DNA of 55,889 nucleotides from Christensenella sp. UBA1259 (GTDB lineage: Bacteria > Bacillota > Clostridia > Christensenellales > Borkfalkiaceae). Shown here piece after piece: positions 36,419-46,700 of this stretch. How positions within the stretch are numbered: the first letter of the stretch is position 1; each line of letters opens with the position of its first letter. Position numbers and translations under genes: made by a program. Location: assembly GCA_002308755.1 (NCBI GenBank), contig DBVR01000003.1, positions 1-55,889 on the forward strand, given 5' to 3'. The notes beneath the pieces are model-generated. The model saw nothing but the letters and a program-made list of their open reading frames with translations. It was not told where the DNA came from and searched no databases.

Positions 36419-36457
36419 GTATATTACCGCGTCGCAAGACTTTAAGGAGAAACGTAA

Positions 36458-36592
36458 ATGAAACAGACTTATCAACCCAAAAAGAGACAGAGAAGCAAAG
36501 TTCACGGGTTCAGAAAGAGAATGAGATCCAAAGCCGGCAGGAACGTGTTGAAACGTCGCCGCAACAAAGGTCGTCATAAACTTTCCGCATAG
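36458..36592 (+). CDS. rpmH: 50S ribosomal protein L34
   Basis: 44-aa ORF, not in the ORF track: [53 protein letters not shown] upstream. Confidence 0.95.
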   Translation: MKQTYQPKKRQRSKVHGFRKRMRSKAGRNVLKRRRNKGRHKLSA

Positions 36593-36597
36593 TAAAA

Positions 36598-36996
36598 ATG
36601 CCGAGCGATAACAGGCTGAAAAAACAAAAAGAGTTCGATCTGGTGTTCAAAAAAGGGAAACGGCTGTACGCGGAAACGCTGTGTATGTGCTACGTCCCTT
36701 CCGACAAACTGAAAGTTGGCTTTTCCGTTGGCAAAAAGCACGGCAAAAGCGTCGTCAGAAACAGGTTAAAGCGTATTTTACGCGAGTCTTTCGGAAGTTT
36801 TTCGCAAAGCGTGGAGGGAAACTTCCTTTTTGTTTTTATGCCGAAGCCGCAAAAACCGCAAGAAACGGCGGAAGATTTTTCGGGCGGAAAACTTACCAAG
36901 TCCCGAAAAAAGACCTTAAAATACGGCTATTCTTTCGAGAATATAAAAAAAGACATGGAATTCCTGCTTACTAAAGGCGGATTCCTGAAAAAATAA
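36598..36996 (+). CDS. rnpA: RNase P protein component
   Basis: 132 aa with RLKKQKEFDLVFKKGKR and VVRNRLKRILRE. Lies directly after rpmH. Confidence 0.9.
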   Translation: MPSDNRLKKQKEFDLVFKKGKRLYAETLCMCYVPSDKLKVGFSVGKKHGKSVVRNRLKRILRESFGSFSQSVEGNFLFVFMPKPQKPQETAEDFSGGKLTKSRKKTLKYGYSFENIKKDMEFLLTKGGFLKK

Positions 36997-36997
36997 A

Positions 36998-37231
36998 GTG
37001 TTAAAATTTTTAAGCGTAAAACTCATAAGATTTTATCAGAAATTTTTGTCGAAAGGCGATTGCAGATATATTCCTTCCTGCTCCGAATACGCGGTGGAAG
37101 CGATCTTAAAGCACGGCTTTTTCGTCGGCGCGGCGTTGGGTTTTTGGCGGATACTCCGCTGCAACCCGTGGTCGAAAGGCGGGTTCGACAAAGTTCCCGA
37201 CAAGAAAAGTCTGGTAAAATGGGTTTACTGA
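36998..37231 (+). CDS. yidD: Membrane protein insertion efficiency factor YidD
   Basis: 77 aa, GTG start, YQKFLS...CRYIPSCSEYA. Confidence 0.85.
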   Translation: MLKFLSVKLIRFYQKFLSKGDCRYIPSCSEYAVEAILKHGFFVGAALGFWRILRCNPWSKGGFDKVPDKKSLVKWVY

Positions 37232-37241
37232 CAGGACGTAA

Positions 37242-38717
37242 ATGAATTTCGGAATAATAAATTTCACGCAGCCCACGATAAGCGGGCTGGCGAGCGTAGT
37301 ATACTGGCTTGTGGGACTGACTTCTTCCGTCGCGGCGGGAGTGGTCCTTTTTACCGTGCTTTTAAAACTTATAACTTTGCCGTTCGACTTTATGTCGAGA
37401 TTTTCCATGCGCAAAAACTCCATAAAAATGGAACAGATGCGTCCGGAACTCGAAAAACTGCAAAAACAATACGCCGACAACAAGTCTTTGTACAGCCAAA
37501 AAATGATGGCGCTTTACAAAAAGAACGGGTATTCTATGTTCGGCGCGTGCCTTCCCACGATAGTTACGCTGGTAATCTTTATTGTCGCCATATCGGCGTT
37601 CAGTTCTTACTCGAAATTCCAGAACCGTAAGTATTTCTACGAAATGTCCTGCGCGTATAACGACGTCATATACGCGGGCTTTTCCACCGACGATAAGTAT
37701 ATAACCGTCGACGAAGACGGCAATCTCGTTTTTGCCGACGCCGAAATAGTCGGCAGTATAGAAGAAAACGAAGGAAGTATCGTTCTGACGCCCGAAGGGT
37801 ACTCGCACACCATTTCGGTAGTTAAGGGTATAGACGGGGCTAACGGGTATTACACCGTAAAAACGTCCGACGGTTACGCAGAGTACAAGAGATTTTTCAC
37901 GGTGGACGGCGGAGAGTATTCTTTCGGCAACAAAGAATATTCGGTTATAGAAGAAAACCTTACCACTACTGCCCTGAAATCGGAAAGAAACAATAACCTT
38001 ACCGTTGACGGCAAGGGGTTCGACGAGTACGAAGGTAGCGGTGCGGCGTTTTTGAAAGAGATAGGAAGTTTAAAATCCGCGGAAACTTTCAGAAACAACG
38101 AATCGTCCTTTTTGTGGGTGAAAAACATCTGGGTGTCCGACGTTTCCTATAAGCACCCCGTCGAAAAGGAGTGGGATACTTTCGTTTCCACCTACGGCTA
38201 CGACAAAGCGAAAAGCAGTATGACGGGAGACGACTATAATCTGCTTATAGAAGACCTTGCCGACGAACAGTCCGCGCCCAACGGGTATTTTATTCTCGTT
38301 GCGCTGACCGCGCTTTCTTCTCTTGCCATGCAACTTATTATTTCGAAGAGTCAGAAAGCGCAGATGGAATTGCAGACGGTTGACGGACAGGGCGCGCAGA
38401 CGCAGAAGATAATGACCTGGATGATGCCGATAATGATGGCGTTTTTCGCCTTTATGTACACGGCGGCGTTTTCCATATATATCATATTGAGTTCGCTGAT
38501 AAGTCTTTGTACGACGCTTATAATAAACAAGATAGCCGACAAAAAATACAACAAAAAAGAAGAAGAAACGGTCATCCGCGGCAGGGTGTACAATCCGCCC
38601 GTAAAAGAAGAACCCAAAAAGGAAGACAAGAAGAAGAAAAAACAGGATATTCCCGACGCGGACTTTTTATCGGGGCTTGCCGACAAAAGGAAAAAGCCGA
38701 GAGGAAGATTGAAGTAA
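37242..38717 (+). CDS. yidC: YidC/Oxa1-family membrane insertase, unusually long (large extracytoplasmic loop insertion, Lys-rich tail)
   Basis: 491 aa. Conserved core: LKLITLPF, coiled-coil MRPELEKLQKQY, KKNGYSMFGACLP and FLWVKNIW. An extra 170-200 aa lies between the second core TM and the FLW motif. Confidence 0.85.
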   Translation: MNFGIINFTQPTISGLASVVYWLVGLTSSVAAGVVLFTVLLKLITLPFDFMSRFSMRKNSIKMEQMRPELEKLQKQYADNKSLYSQKMMALYKKNGYSMFGACLPTIVTLVIFIVAISAFSSYSKFQNRKYFYEMSCAYNDVIYAGFSTDDKYITVDEDGNLVFADAEIVGSIEENEGSIVLTPEGYSHTISVVKGIDGANGYYTVKTSDGYAEYKRFFTVDGGEYSFGNKEYSVIEENLTTTALKSERNNNLTVDGKGFDEYEGSGAAFLKEIGSLKSAETFRNNESSFLWVKNIWVSDVSYKHPVEKEWDTFVSTYGYDKAKSSMTGDDYNLLIEDLADEQSAPNGYFILVALTALSSLAMQLIISKSQKAQMELQTVDGQGAQTQKIMTWMMPIMMAFFAFMYTAAFSIYIILSSLISLCTTLIINKIADKKYNKKEEETVIRGRVYNPPVKEEPKKEDKKKKKQDIPDADFLSGLADKRKKPRGRLK

Positions 38718-38750
38718 ATAACGCCGTAAGGCATTAAGGAGTATATTGAT

Positions 38751-39557
38751 ATGCGGTTTACAGGCAAAACGGTCGAAGAAGCGATCGAAAATGGGCTTTC
38801 GGAACTGAACCTTTCCGAAGAAGACGTTAAGATTACGGTGATAGAAGAGCCGGTAAAGGGGCTTTTCGGCAAGGTAAAGAAAGACGCCGAAGTGGAGATA
38901 GAAAAGAAAGCGGAAGGCTTGGGAAAAGCCAAGGAGTTTTTACAGGAAGTCTTAAATATTCTCGATATCACCGCCAAGGTTACGGAAGAAGAAGAGAACA
39001 GGCTGGTTTTGATCACCGACGATTCGGCGGCGGCGATAGGCAGAAGGGGAGAAGTTTTAGACGCGTTGCAAACCCTTGCGGGCGCGGTTGCCAACATCGG
39101 CAGCAAGCAGTATAAAAAGATAGTGGTGGATTGCGAAAACTACCGCGAAAAGAGAGAAGAAACGCTTATAAACCTTGCCAAACGGCTTGAAGCAAAGGCG
39201 ACGGAAACCCACCGCGAAGTGTTTTTGGAACCCATGTCGCCCTACGAAAGAAGAATCATACACACCGCGCTTGCGGACAGTACGACGGTAAAGACTTCGA
39301 GTTCCGGAAAAGAACCGGAAAGATTCGTGGTTATAACCCCCAACGACTTGGATCCCGAATCGAAACCGTACAGGACGGGCGAAAGATTTTCGAAAGATAA
39401 GGGCGGCGCGAGAAACAAAAGAGGCGGCAGAGACGCAAAAGGCGGTAACGGCAAAGGATTTAAGAAGAGTTTCCGCGGCAACGGATTTTCGGAAGAAAAG
39501 CGCAAAGCCCCGTCGGGCTTCGGCACCTATCTCGGCAACAGCCTTAAAGACAATTAA
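38751..39557 (+). CDS. jag: Jag/KhpB RNA-binding protein (Jag_N, KH, R3H)
   Basis: 268 aa with GRRGEVLDALQ (KH GXXG) and R3H ERRIIH. Lies after yidC. Confidence 0.85.
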   Translation: MRFTGKTVEEAIENGLSELNLSEEDVKITVIEEPVKGLFGKVKKDAEVEIEKKAEGLGKAKEFLQEVLNILDITAKVTEEEENRLVLITDDSAAAIGRRGEVLDALQTLAGAVANIGSKQYKKIVVDCENYREKREETLINLAKRLEAKATETHREVFLEPMSPYERRIIHTALADSTTVKTSSSGKEPERFVVITPNDLDPESKPYRTGERFSKDKGGARNKRGGRDAKGGNGKGFKKSFRGNGFSEEKRKAPSGFGTYLGNSLKDN

Positions 39558-39582
39558 AAACGGATAAAAAATTATAAACACT

Positions 39583-39613
39583 AAACCCCCGAACGCTTTG
39601 CGTTCGGGGGTTT
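39583..39613. terminator. Intrinsic terminator between convergent jag and a minus-strand gene
   Basis: 13-bp stem AAACCCCCGAACG/CGTTCGGGGGTTT. Confidence 0.7.
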
Positions 39614-39631
39614 AATATAGCGCGGCAATAT

Positions 39632-40276
39632 TCACGCGCCGTACTTTGCCATTATTTTAAGGAGCGAAGACAATTTCTCGTTAAGAGCCCGCATAGTGTC
39701 CGCGTCGCCTTCTCTTTCCGCCGTAAGGATAAGGGAGTTAAGTTCGTTTATCTGCCGCCTGTCGCCCGCGGTGAGCGGGAAATAGCTTAACCTTTCTATC
39801 ACGCTTTTGACGTGCGAAACGTCGAGTGCGGGGCGCGTTTTGGGTTTTTCGGGCGGTTCTTCCCGATAGAAAGGTTCTTTTACGGTATGGGGTTCGCGGT
39901 TTTCTTGGTACAGTGCCTTTTCCGCAAGGTCTATGACCTTTAATTCGCTACTGCGGTCGGCGTCGTCTTTTTGCAGGTTCTCTCTCTTTTCTCTTATTCC
40001 GAAAGAAATCGAAAAGAAGAAAAAGCCCAAAAACAGCGTTACGAGAAAGTAGGGCGCGGCGGGTTTAACGACACAGTAGAAAAGATTTATCGCGCATAGC
40101 GAAAAAAGAAAGAAAAGATACCGCAGTTTTTTTATCGCTCCGTAGCCCGTTTTGAAAACCGAACACAAAAGATTCGCTGCACCGAGTAAAATCGCGGCGA
40201 TAAAGGATAACGAAAAAAAGACAGATTCGTCCAAAAAGGTAAAAGCGTTGATAACGTCGTAGAAAATATTTATCAT
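39632..40276 (-). CDS. Hypothetical membrane protein (3-4 TM N-domain, charged soluble C-domain)
   Basis: 214 aa, 58 nt downstream of addA on the same strand. No family recognised. Confidence 0.5.
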   Translation of the reverse strand: MINIFYDVINAFTFLDESVFFSLSFIAAILLGAANLLCSVFKTGYGAIKKLRYLFFLFSLCAINLFYCVVKPAAPYFLVTLFLGFFFFSISFGIREKRENLQKDDADRSSELKVIDLAEKALYQENREPHTVKEPFYREEPPEKPKTRPALDVSHVKSVIERLSYFPLTAGDRRQINELNSLILTAEREGDADTMRALNEKLSSLLKIMAKYGA

Positions 40277-40334
40277 ACGTCAACTATTACCGTTTTTTCG
40301 GAGCGAAAAAAAGTAAGTTTTGTAAAAAAAGGTC

Positions 40335-43300
40335 TTAAACGGGAGTTTTTACTTCCGAAATCTCTCCGCGGTACAGGTTGACGAGAGTGGTTTTCGTAAC
40401 TTTTTTATTCAATATCTTGTTTACGGCAAAGGCGTAAAGGAAAAGCTGTTTGGCGTATTTTTCCTTTAACGCGTCGGGGGAAAGCACGGAATATTTATAA
40501 TCCACGATCTCCGCTTCGTCCTTGTCTTCGTCTATTACGATAAGGTCTATTACGCCTTGCAAAAGCACGTTCTCTTCGGTTTTTACGTCGAACACGATAT
40601 TTGCGGGGGCGTTTACGGTAAATTCCTTTTCGGTAAGGAAAGTCTTTCCCGCGATCTTTTCCGCCACGCCGACGGCGGCGGCTTTTATACGCGAAACGTC
40701 CACGGACGAGAGTTCTTTATCTGAAACGACGCCGCCAGAAATCATTTTTTCTATCTGACTTTCGAAAGAGTCGCCGTTAAAGTCGTAGTACTGCATAATT
40801 CTGTGCGCGATAACGCCCCTTTCCGTATCGGTAACGCCGACGGGGAAAAGTTCCGCCGCAGGCGATTCTTCCGTCTCTTCTTTAACGGAAGAAGTTTTTA
40901 AAGTCGAAGTAACGCTTGCCTTTAACGGCAGGGAAACGCTTTCCGCGAAAGGATAGGTAAAGGAAAGGGTTTTTCTCATACGTTCTTCGTCTTCCGCGTC
41001 GCAGGATATAAGGATCTTGCGGAGATCTGTCGTCTTTTCCGCGATATTGAAACTTTCGGGATCGTATTCCGAATAGGGAAAATCAGGCGGCATAAAGTCC
41101 GAGAACCTGTCCGCAAAGCGGAATGTTTCGGGGTTTTCCTTTGCTTCCCCTTCGAGAATAAGGTGCAAAGAGTATTCGGCGCGGGTAGTGGCGACGTAGA
41201 AAAGCCGTAATTCTTCGGTTACCCGTTTTTTACGGAGTTTAAGTTTCTTTAAGCCCCGCGCCAAAGTTTCGCCGCAGAACTTTTCTTCGTCGTCGAAAAA
41301 TTTGGGAAGAATCCCGTCTTCGCGGTCCACGATAACGGCGGGCGTTTCGTCTTTTTTGACGAAAGGCTTTTCCAACCCGCACACGATAACGACGGGAAAT
41401 TCCAAACCCTTAGACGAGTGTATGGTCATCACCGAAACGGCGTCTTCTTCTCCCGAAAGGGATACCGCAAACGCCTTCGGACAAAAGTCTATCTTGTAAA
41501 GAAATTCCGACACGGTAAGGACTTTCCCGCCCGTTTCCGCAAGGGATAAGAACTTATACAGGCGTTTTAACTTCTGCCTGCCGCCGTCCGTGCATAAAAG
41601 CAGGTTTTCGTAACCGCAGCCGTCTATCGCGTCTTTAAGAACGCCTTTCGCCCCCTTGAAGTCCGCGAGCGTGCGGAAAGAATCGATACTTTCTTTGAAA
41701 GCCGCAAACTGTTCCTTTAAGGGGAAAGCATCGCAATTTAAGCAATAAAAGAAAGCGTCGCAAAAGCCGTTTATCTTTTTACCCTGTCTTTCCGAGAAAG
41801 TTACCGCCGAAAAAAGTTCTTCTTCGGTAAAACCGAAAAGGGGCGACAGCATGACGTTTATAAGGGGTATGTCCTGATAAAAGCAGTCTAAAAGCCGCAA
41901 GAACCATATAAGCGTTAAAATTTCGGGGTATTCGCAGACGTTTACCGAAACGTCCGATTTTACGGGCACGCCGCGCCGCACCAGCCCCTTAACAATATCT
42001 TTAACGTATTCCGTTTCCCTGCTTCTCGAAAGCAGGGCGATATCCTTAAATCGCACGGGCTTAAAGGTCTTTTCTTCGCGGTCGTAATAGGTATCGTTAG
42101 TTTCCTTATTTATTATTATATCGGCGATAAGGGTTGCGACGCCGTTTTTATCCTTTGTTTTTGCGGTTTCCTTTAAGACGTCGTATATTCTCGGCGTCTC
42201 GGGTTCTTTTTTCTTCTCGGTCTTTTTTAAGACGTGAAAAGTTACCCTTCCGTCCGCGCCTTCGGGGTAAACGTCGCCGAAGATAAGGCGGGAAGTTTTC
42301 TTATAGTCTATCCCCGAAAGATTTTCGGTATAGCAGTAGTCGAATATCTCGTTTACGGCGTTAATAACGGCTTTCGCCGAGCGGAAATTATAATTTAAGT
42401 AAACGGTGTTTCCCGTCTTTTCGAGACTTTCTCTTTTCTTTGAAAAATATTCGGGACTGCACCCCCTGAATCCGTAAATACTCTGTTTTTCGTCGCCCAC
42501 CATAAATGCGTTGCCGCCGCCAAGTAAGGAAAGGATCTCTTCCTGTAAGGGGTTTATGTCCTGATATTCGTCCACGAAAACGTATTTGTACCTGTCCCGT
42601 ATCTCTTTTAACACTTCGGGGTCTTTTAAGACGGCAAGCGCGAACCGTTGCAGGTCGCAAAAATCCAGAACGTTTTCTTCTTCCTTTGCCTTTGCGTATT
42701 CTTCGCCGAAAGCGCGCACCACCTTAACTATGGCTTTTGCGTGGGCGTAAGAACCCAAAAAACGCGCCTTATCCGACGTTTCGTCGGTAAAGAGTGAAAG
42801 GGCGTCTTTTAAGAGTTTTTTGAACTCGGAATTTGCTTCCTGCACCCGCTTTTTGGCAAGTTTTACTTCTTCTCCTATATCCTTGCCGCCGAAATTCGAG
42901 TTTTTCAGGCCGTAATTTTTAAGGGATAAAAAGGAGTAGGCGTCCTTTCCCGCCACCGTTTTCAGCGCGGCTGAAAACTCTTCGCAAAACTCCACGCCTT
43001 TTATTACGTTCTCTTTCCCGAAAACGGAAACAGCGTCGCCGCACACCGTTAAAAAGCGGGAAACGTCTTTTTGCAAAAAATCGCCGAACTCTTTAAGGGC
43101 GTTATCGAACCCCGCGGGGGAAAGCACGGTTTCGTATTTATTAAGCCATAAGTCGGGATCGGCTTCTTCCTGCGAAACGCCGTGTATATAGGAAACGAGA
43201 GATTTAAGATCTTCGCTTTTGCGGTTTTTTAAGTGCCGTTTTACGAGAAACAAAAACTCTTGGTCTTTGTCGTCGAAAAACTTTTTGAACGCCTTATCCA

Positions 43301-43703
43301 GACACTCTTTTTTAAGCGCGTCGGCGTCGGATTCGTCGATCACCGCAAAATCGGGCGATACGCCCGCTTTGAAAAAGTACAGCCGCAATATTTTGGCGCA
43401 GAAAGAGTGCAGGGTACAAACGTCCGCCGCCGAAATCTCCGCGACGTTTTCTTCCGCGAAAGAGTCGCCTTCCGCCGCGCGGTTATTTAACGCGGTTTTA
43501 AGTTTTTCTTTCATATCCTTTGCGGCGGATTCGGTAAAGGTAACGGCAAGGATTCCCGTTACGGGCGTTTTGTTTTCCGAAAGAAGGCGCAGTATCCTTT
43601 GTATCACGACGAAAGTCTTACCGCTCCCCGCGGAAGCGGAAACCAGCATATCTCCCGTATCGTGCGATATCGCGCAAAGTTGTTCCTTTTTTAATTCGCT
43701 CAC
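40335..43703 (-). CDS. addA: ATP-dependent helicase/nuclease subunit A (AddA/RexA)
   Basis: UvrD-type motifs ASAGSGKT, VDEYQD and a C-terminal RecB-type nuclease (GVIDLI...VDYK). Start placed at the GTG at 43703-43701 (SD GGAGAAG), which overlaps the addB stop as GTGA. The ORF-track ATG at 43793 lies inside addB. Confidence 0.9.
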   Translation of the reverse strand: MSELKKEQLCAISHDTGDMLVSASAGSGKTFVVIQRILRLLSENKTPVTGILAVTFTESAAKDMKEKLKTALNNRAAEGDSFAEENVAEISAADVCTLHSFCAKILRLYFFKAGVSPDFAVIDESDADALKKECLDKAFKKFFDDKDQEFLFLVKRHLKNRKSEDLKSLVSYIHGVSQEEADPDLWLNKYETVLSPAGFDNALKEFGDFLQKDVSRFLTVCGDAVSVFGKENVIKGVEFCEEFSAALKTVAGKDAYSFLSLKNYGLKNSNFGGKDIGEEVKLAKKRVQEANSEFKKLLKDALSLFTDETSDKARFLGSYAHAKAIVKVVRAFGEEYAKAKEEENVLDFCDLQRFALAVLKDPEVLKEIRDRYKYVFVDEYQDINPLQEEILSLLGGGNAFMVGDEKQSIYGFRGCSPEYFSKKRESLEKTGNTVYLNYNFRSAKAVINAVNEIFDYCYTENLSGIDYKKTSRLIFGDVYPEGADGRVTFHVLKKTEKKKEPETPRIYDVLKETAKTKDKNGVATLIADIIINKETNDTYYDREEKTFKPVRFKDIALLSRSRETEYVKDIVKGLVRRGVPVKSDVSVNVCEYPEILTLIWFLRLLDCFYQDIPLINVMLSPLFGFTEEELFSAVTFSERQGKKINGFCDAFFYCLNCDAFPLKEQFAAFKESIDSFRTLADFKGAKGVLKDAIDGCGYENLLLCTDGGRQKLKRLYKFLSLAETGGKVLTVSEFLYKIDFCPKAFAVSLSGEEDAVSVMTIHSSKGLEFPVVIVCGLEKPFVKKDETPAVIVDREDGILPKFFDDEEKFCGETLARGLKKLKLRKKRVTEELRLFYVATTRAEYSLHLILEGEAKENPETFRFADRFSDFMPPDFPYSEYDPESFNIAEKTTDLRKILISCDAEDEERMRKTLSFTYPFAESVSLPLKASVTSTLKTSSVKEETEESPAAELFPVGVTDTERGVIAHRIMQYYDFNGDSFESQIEKMISGGVVSDKELSSVDVSRIKAAAVGVAEKIAGKTFLTEKEFTVNAPANIVFDVKTEENVLLQGVIDLIVIDEDKDEAEIVDYKYSVLSPDALKEKYAKQLFLYAFAVNKILNKKVTKTTLVNLYRGEISEVKTPV

Positions 43704-46700
43704 TTTTCTTCTCCGTAACGCTTGACGCTTTCCTTTATAAAGTCTTCGGTAACGGTCTTTATCTCCCGTTCTTTTCCTTCTTGTTTTCCGCACACGGCGT
43801 AAAACCCGCAGCCCGAACAGGCGTTTTTTATAGGAGACGGTATTATAACCCCGTCCGCCATCTCTTTTGCGGCGTTTTCCGACACGATAATAGCGTACTT
43901 TTTCAGATATCCGAAGTTTTCTTCCGAAGTAACGTTCTTAACGCCCTTTTCCGTCCTTTCGACGGGGATATAAAGGCTACGTCCCGCGTCCTTTAACGCC
44001 TTGTCCTGCGAAAACGCGGTATCTTCGTTTCCCACCGTCCTGCCGACGGCAAGGGAAGTTTCGTCTTGCCCCTCCAAAGAATAACGGTCTTTTATTTTAA
44101 CGTAGTACGCGCCGGTTATCTTTTTGTCGTCCACTGCCGCGGAATAAAGGAAAAGTTGCAGTTTAAGTCCCGCAAATAGCGAAGACAGTCCGTCGTCGAC
44201 AGACCCCGTCTTGTAATCTATTATCCTGCAATTATCGCCCGAAACGTCTATCCTGTCTATCACCCCCGAAAGGGTAACTTTACCGCCCAAAAGCGATACG
44301 GGCGGGTATTTCGCGTTCTCGTCGCTGCCGAATCTCACTTCCAGAAGCCCTTTTCCCGTCGTAAAGTCGGAGTTTTTAAGCCACCCGTAAGTTTTGCGGC
44401 AGTAATTAAGACATTCCGCTAAAAGCATATCCACCGAAAACTCGCCCGCGGAAGATAAAAGATATTTTCTGAAATCCCCTGATGCAAGCAAGTCGCTTTT
44501 AACTTCGTCGAAGACGGCAATAAGGTCTTCTTCTCCGTGCATTTCGGGGTATCTTTCAAACACTTGCCGGAAAAGTTCGTGGGCGAAAATGCCGACGTTT
44601 AAGTTATCCATGTCCCCCGTGTCGCGGTCTTTTGCTTTTAACGCCCGTTCCGCAAAGGCGCGGTAAGGGCAGCGGTAAAACGCTTCTATATGAGTGGGGG
44701 AAGTAACGTTTTTTATAAGGCTTTCGTCGCCGCAAAGTTTCTCTTTCGGCGTTTTTTCCGCGCACGCTATTATTTTAAGAAGGTCTTTTTTCTCCGTCGC
44801 CTTAAAAAACGCCGACGGCAACCTGAAATCGGAAGTTTCGCTTCTTACAAACTTCGCCGCCCGTTCCGCAAAGGATTTAAGTCCGGATTTTACCGTCGCA
44901 AAATCGTCGGTAGTTTCGGCGGGACGAACCGAGAGCAGGGTTTTCGCATAGGTTAATATCTCGCTTTTAAGGTTGACTTTTCCCGACAGGTCGGCGACGG
45001 GATAACTTAAATACAACGCCTTGTCGAAAGCCGACACGCCGAGCGCGGCGTTTTCTCTTTGTCTGTGGTTGACGACGCGTATTTTCGGTTCTAACAAAAT
45101 CTTTATTTCCGACAATACGCTTATGTCGTCGTCGGAAAGAAGCGCTACGTCTTCCTTTATGCGCGGCACTTCGGAAGTTAAGCCCATTACGAAAAGGTAG
45201 TCGGCTTTATATATCGCGGCTTTGCGGAAATCTCCCACGAATACCGCGTCGTTGCGCTGCGGGATGACCGAAACTTCCATAGCGGAAACGCCGCCCGAGA
45301 ACAGGTCTTTGAATTCCTTGGGATCGGAAACGTTTCCCGCGATAAGGGATATTTCGTCCAAAAGGGAAGAAACGAGAGAATATATCTGCAAAGTAACCGA
45401 CGCTTCTTCGGGGTAGCCCAACGATTTTAAAAGTTCCGAATCTTTTTCGGACTTTTCTTTCGCGCCCACCTTTTTTAAAAGGTCTTTTACGTCGAAAGTC
45501 TTTAAAAGGGAAAAAACGCGCGCCCTGAAATCTTCGAAACAGAAAAGTTCTTCTTCGGTTTCAGCGGGGAAAGTCAAAGGATTTTTCAACCTGTCGTAGG
45601 CGATATTGTATCTTAAAAGGTAGTTATAGAACCTGTCGTTTAAGTTTTTGTCGTCCCCGACGTAGCGGTTTTTGAAAAACCCCGCGAAATTGTCGAGAGA
45701 AAAACCCTTTATGAAAAGGTCGGTGTAGGCGAGTATAAGGGATATAAGGGGATAGTTTTCGGGGTGTTTCTTTTCGTCGAGAAAATACGGCACGTCAAAA
45801 AGCGAGAAAGCCGAAGACACGGCGTCTTTATATTCTTTTTCGTCGGGAACGGCGACGGTAACGTTTTTATACCGTACGCCCTTTTCGGTAACAAGTTTGC
45901 GTATAAGCCCCGCCGCCTTTTCGGCTTCCGCAAAGCAGTTGGGGGCGGTAAAGGCAAACACTTTGTCGGTTTCGGTCTGTTTATTGCGAAGGGCGGACGG
46001 ACGGAACAGGCAGTCTTTTAAGATCGCGCCTTCCTTCGAATACCCGCCGTCGCACGTCTTTATTTCACAGGGGACGCCCCGCGCTTTGCAGACGGATAAA
46101 AAGTTTTCCGCCGTTTCGTTCACGAACGCGAACTTGTTTTCGCCCTTTACCAAAAACGCCGTAACGCTTTTCGCTTTTTTCAGTAAGGAAGAAATTATTT
46201 CCCGCATCTGCCCCGTGAACGCCGAGAACCCGAAAAGAAAAACCTCGGCGTCTTTTAAGCTTTCGTCTTTTTCTATTAAGGGCGGCAGAAAGGAAAGCGC
46301 CGCACTCACGTCGCAGAAGTTTCCCTTTAAAAGGTAGTCTTCGTACGCCGAAAAGACGGAATAAACGTCCGCAAGTTTGTTTTTCAATATCCCCGTCGCG
46401 TGATTTTCCGCATAAGAGATGTCTTCTACGGATATCTTCGCGCTTTTAAGTTGCGATATAAGTTCGAACAAAGACGGCGCGAGATCGCGCTTTTTACGGT
46501 TGAAACACTTTAAGGGCAAGTTTTTAATCAGGCTTTTTACGGCGATAACCGAACCTTCCCGCGAAAGGAGGTTATCTACCTTTTTGTTCTTACGCAGAAA
46601 CTTACCGAAGGAACATACTTCGGTATTGAAACTTCCCGAAAAATTATCGCATATCGCGCGCTCGACGGAAAGCGACAGTTTTTCTTCGCAGAATATCAGG

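Noticed and set aside
38351-39106. 251-aa minus-strand ORF antisense to yidC/jag. Similar long antisense ORFs occur at 16990-17625, 17647-18216, 2558-3256 and 29096-29731.
   Set aside because: Each overlaps a confidently identified gene on the other strand. The products are Ser/Phe/Leu-rich and low-complexity, with no translation signals.
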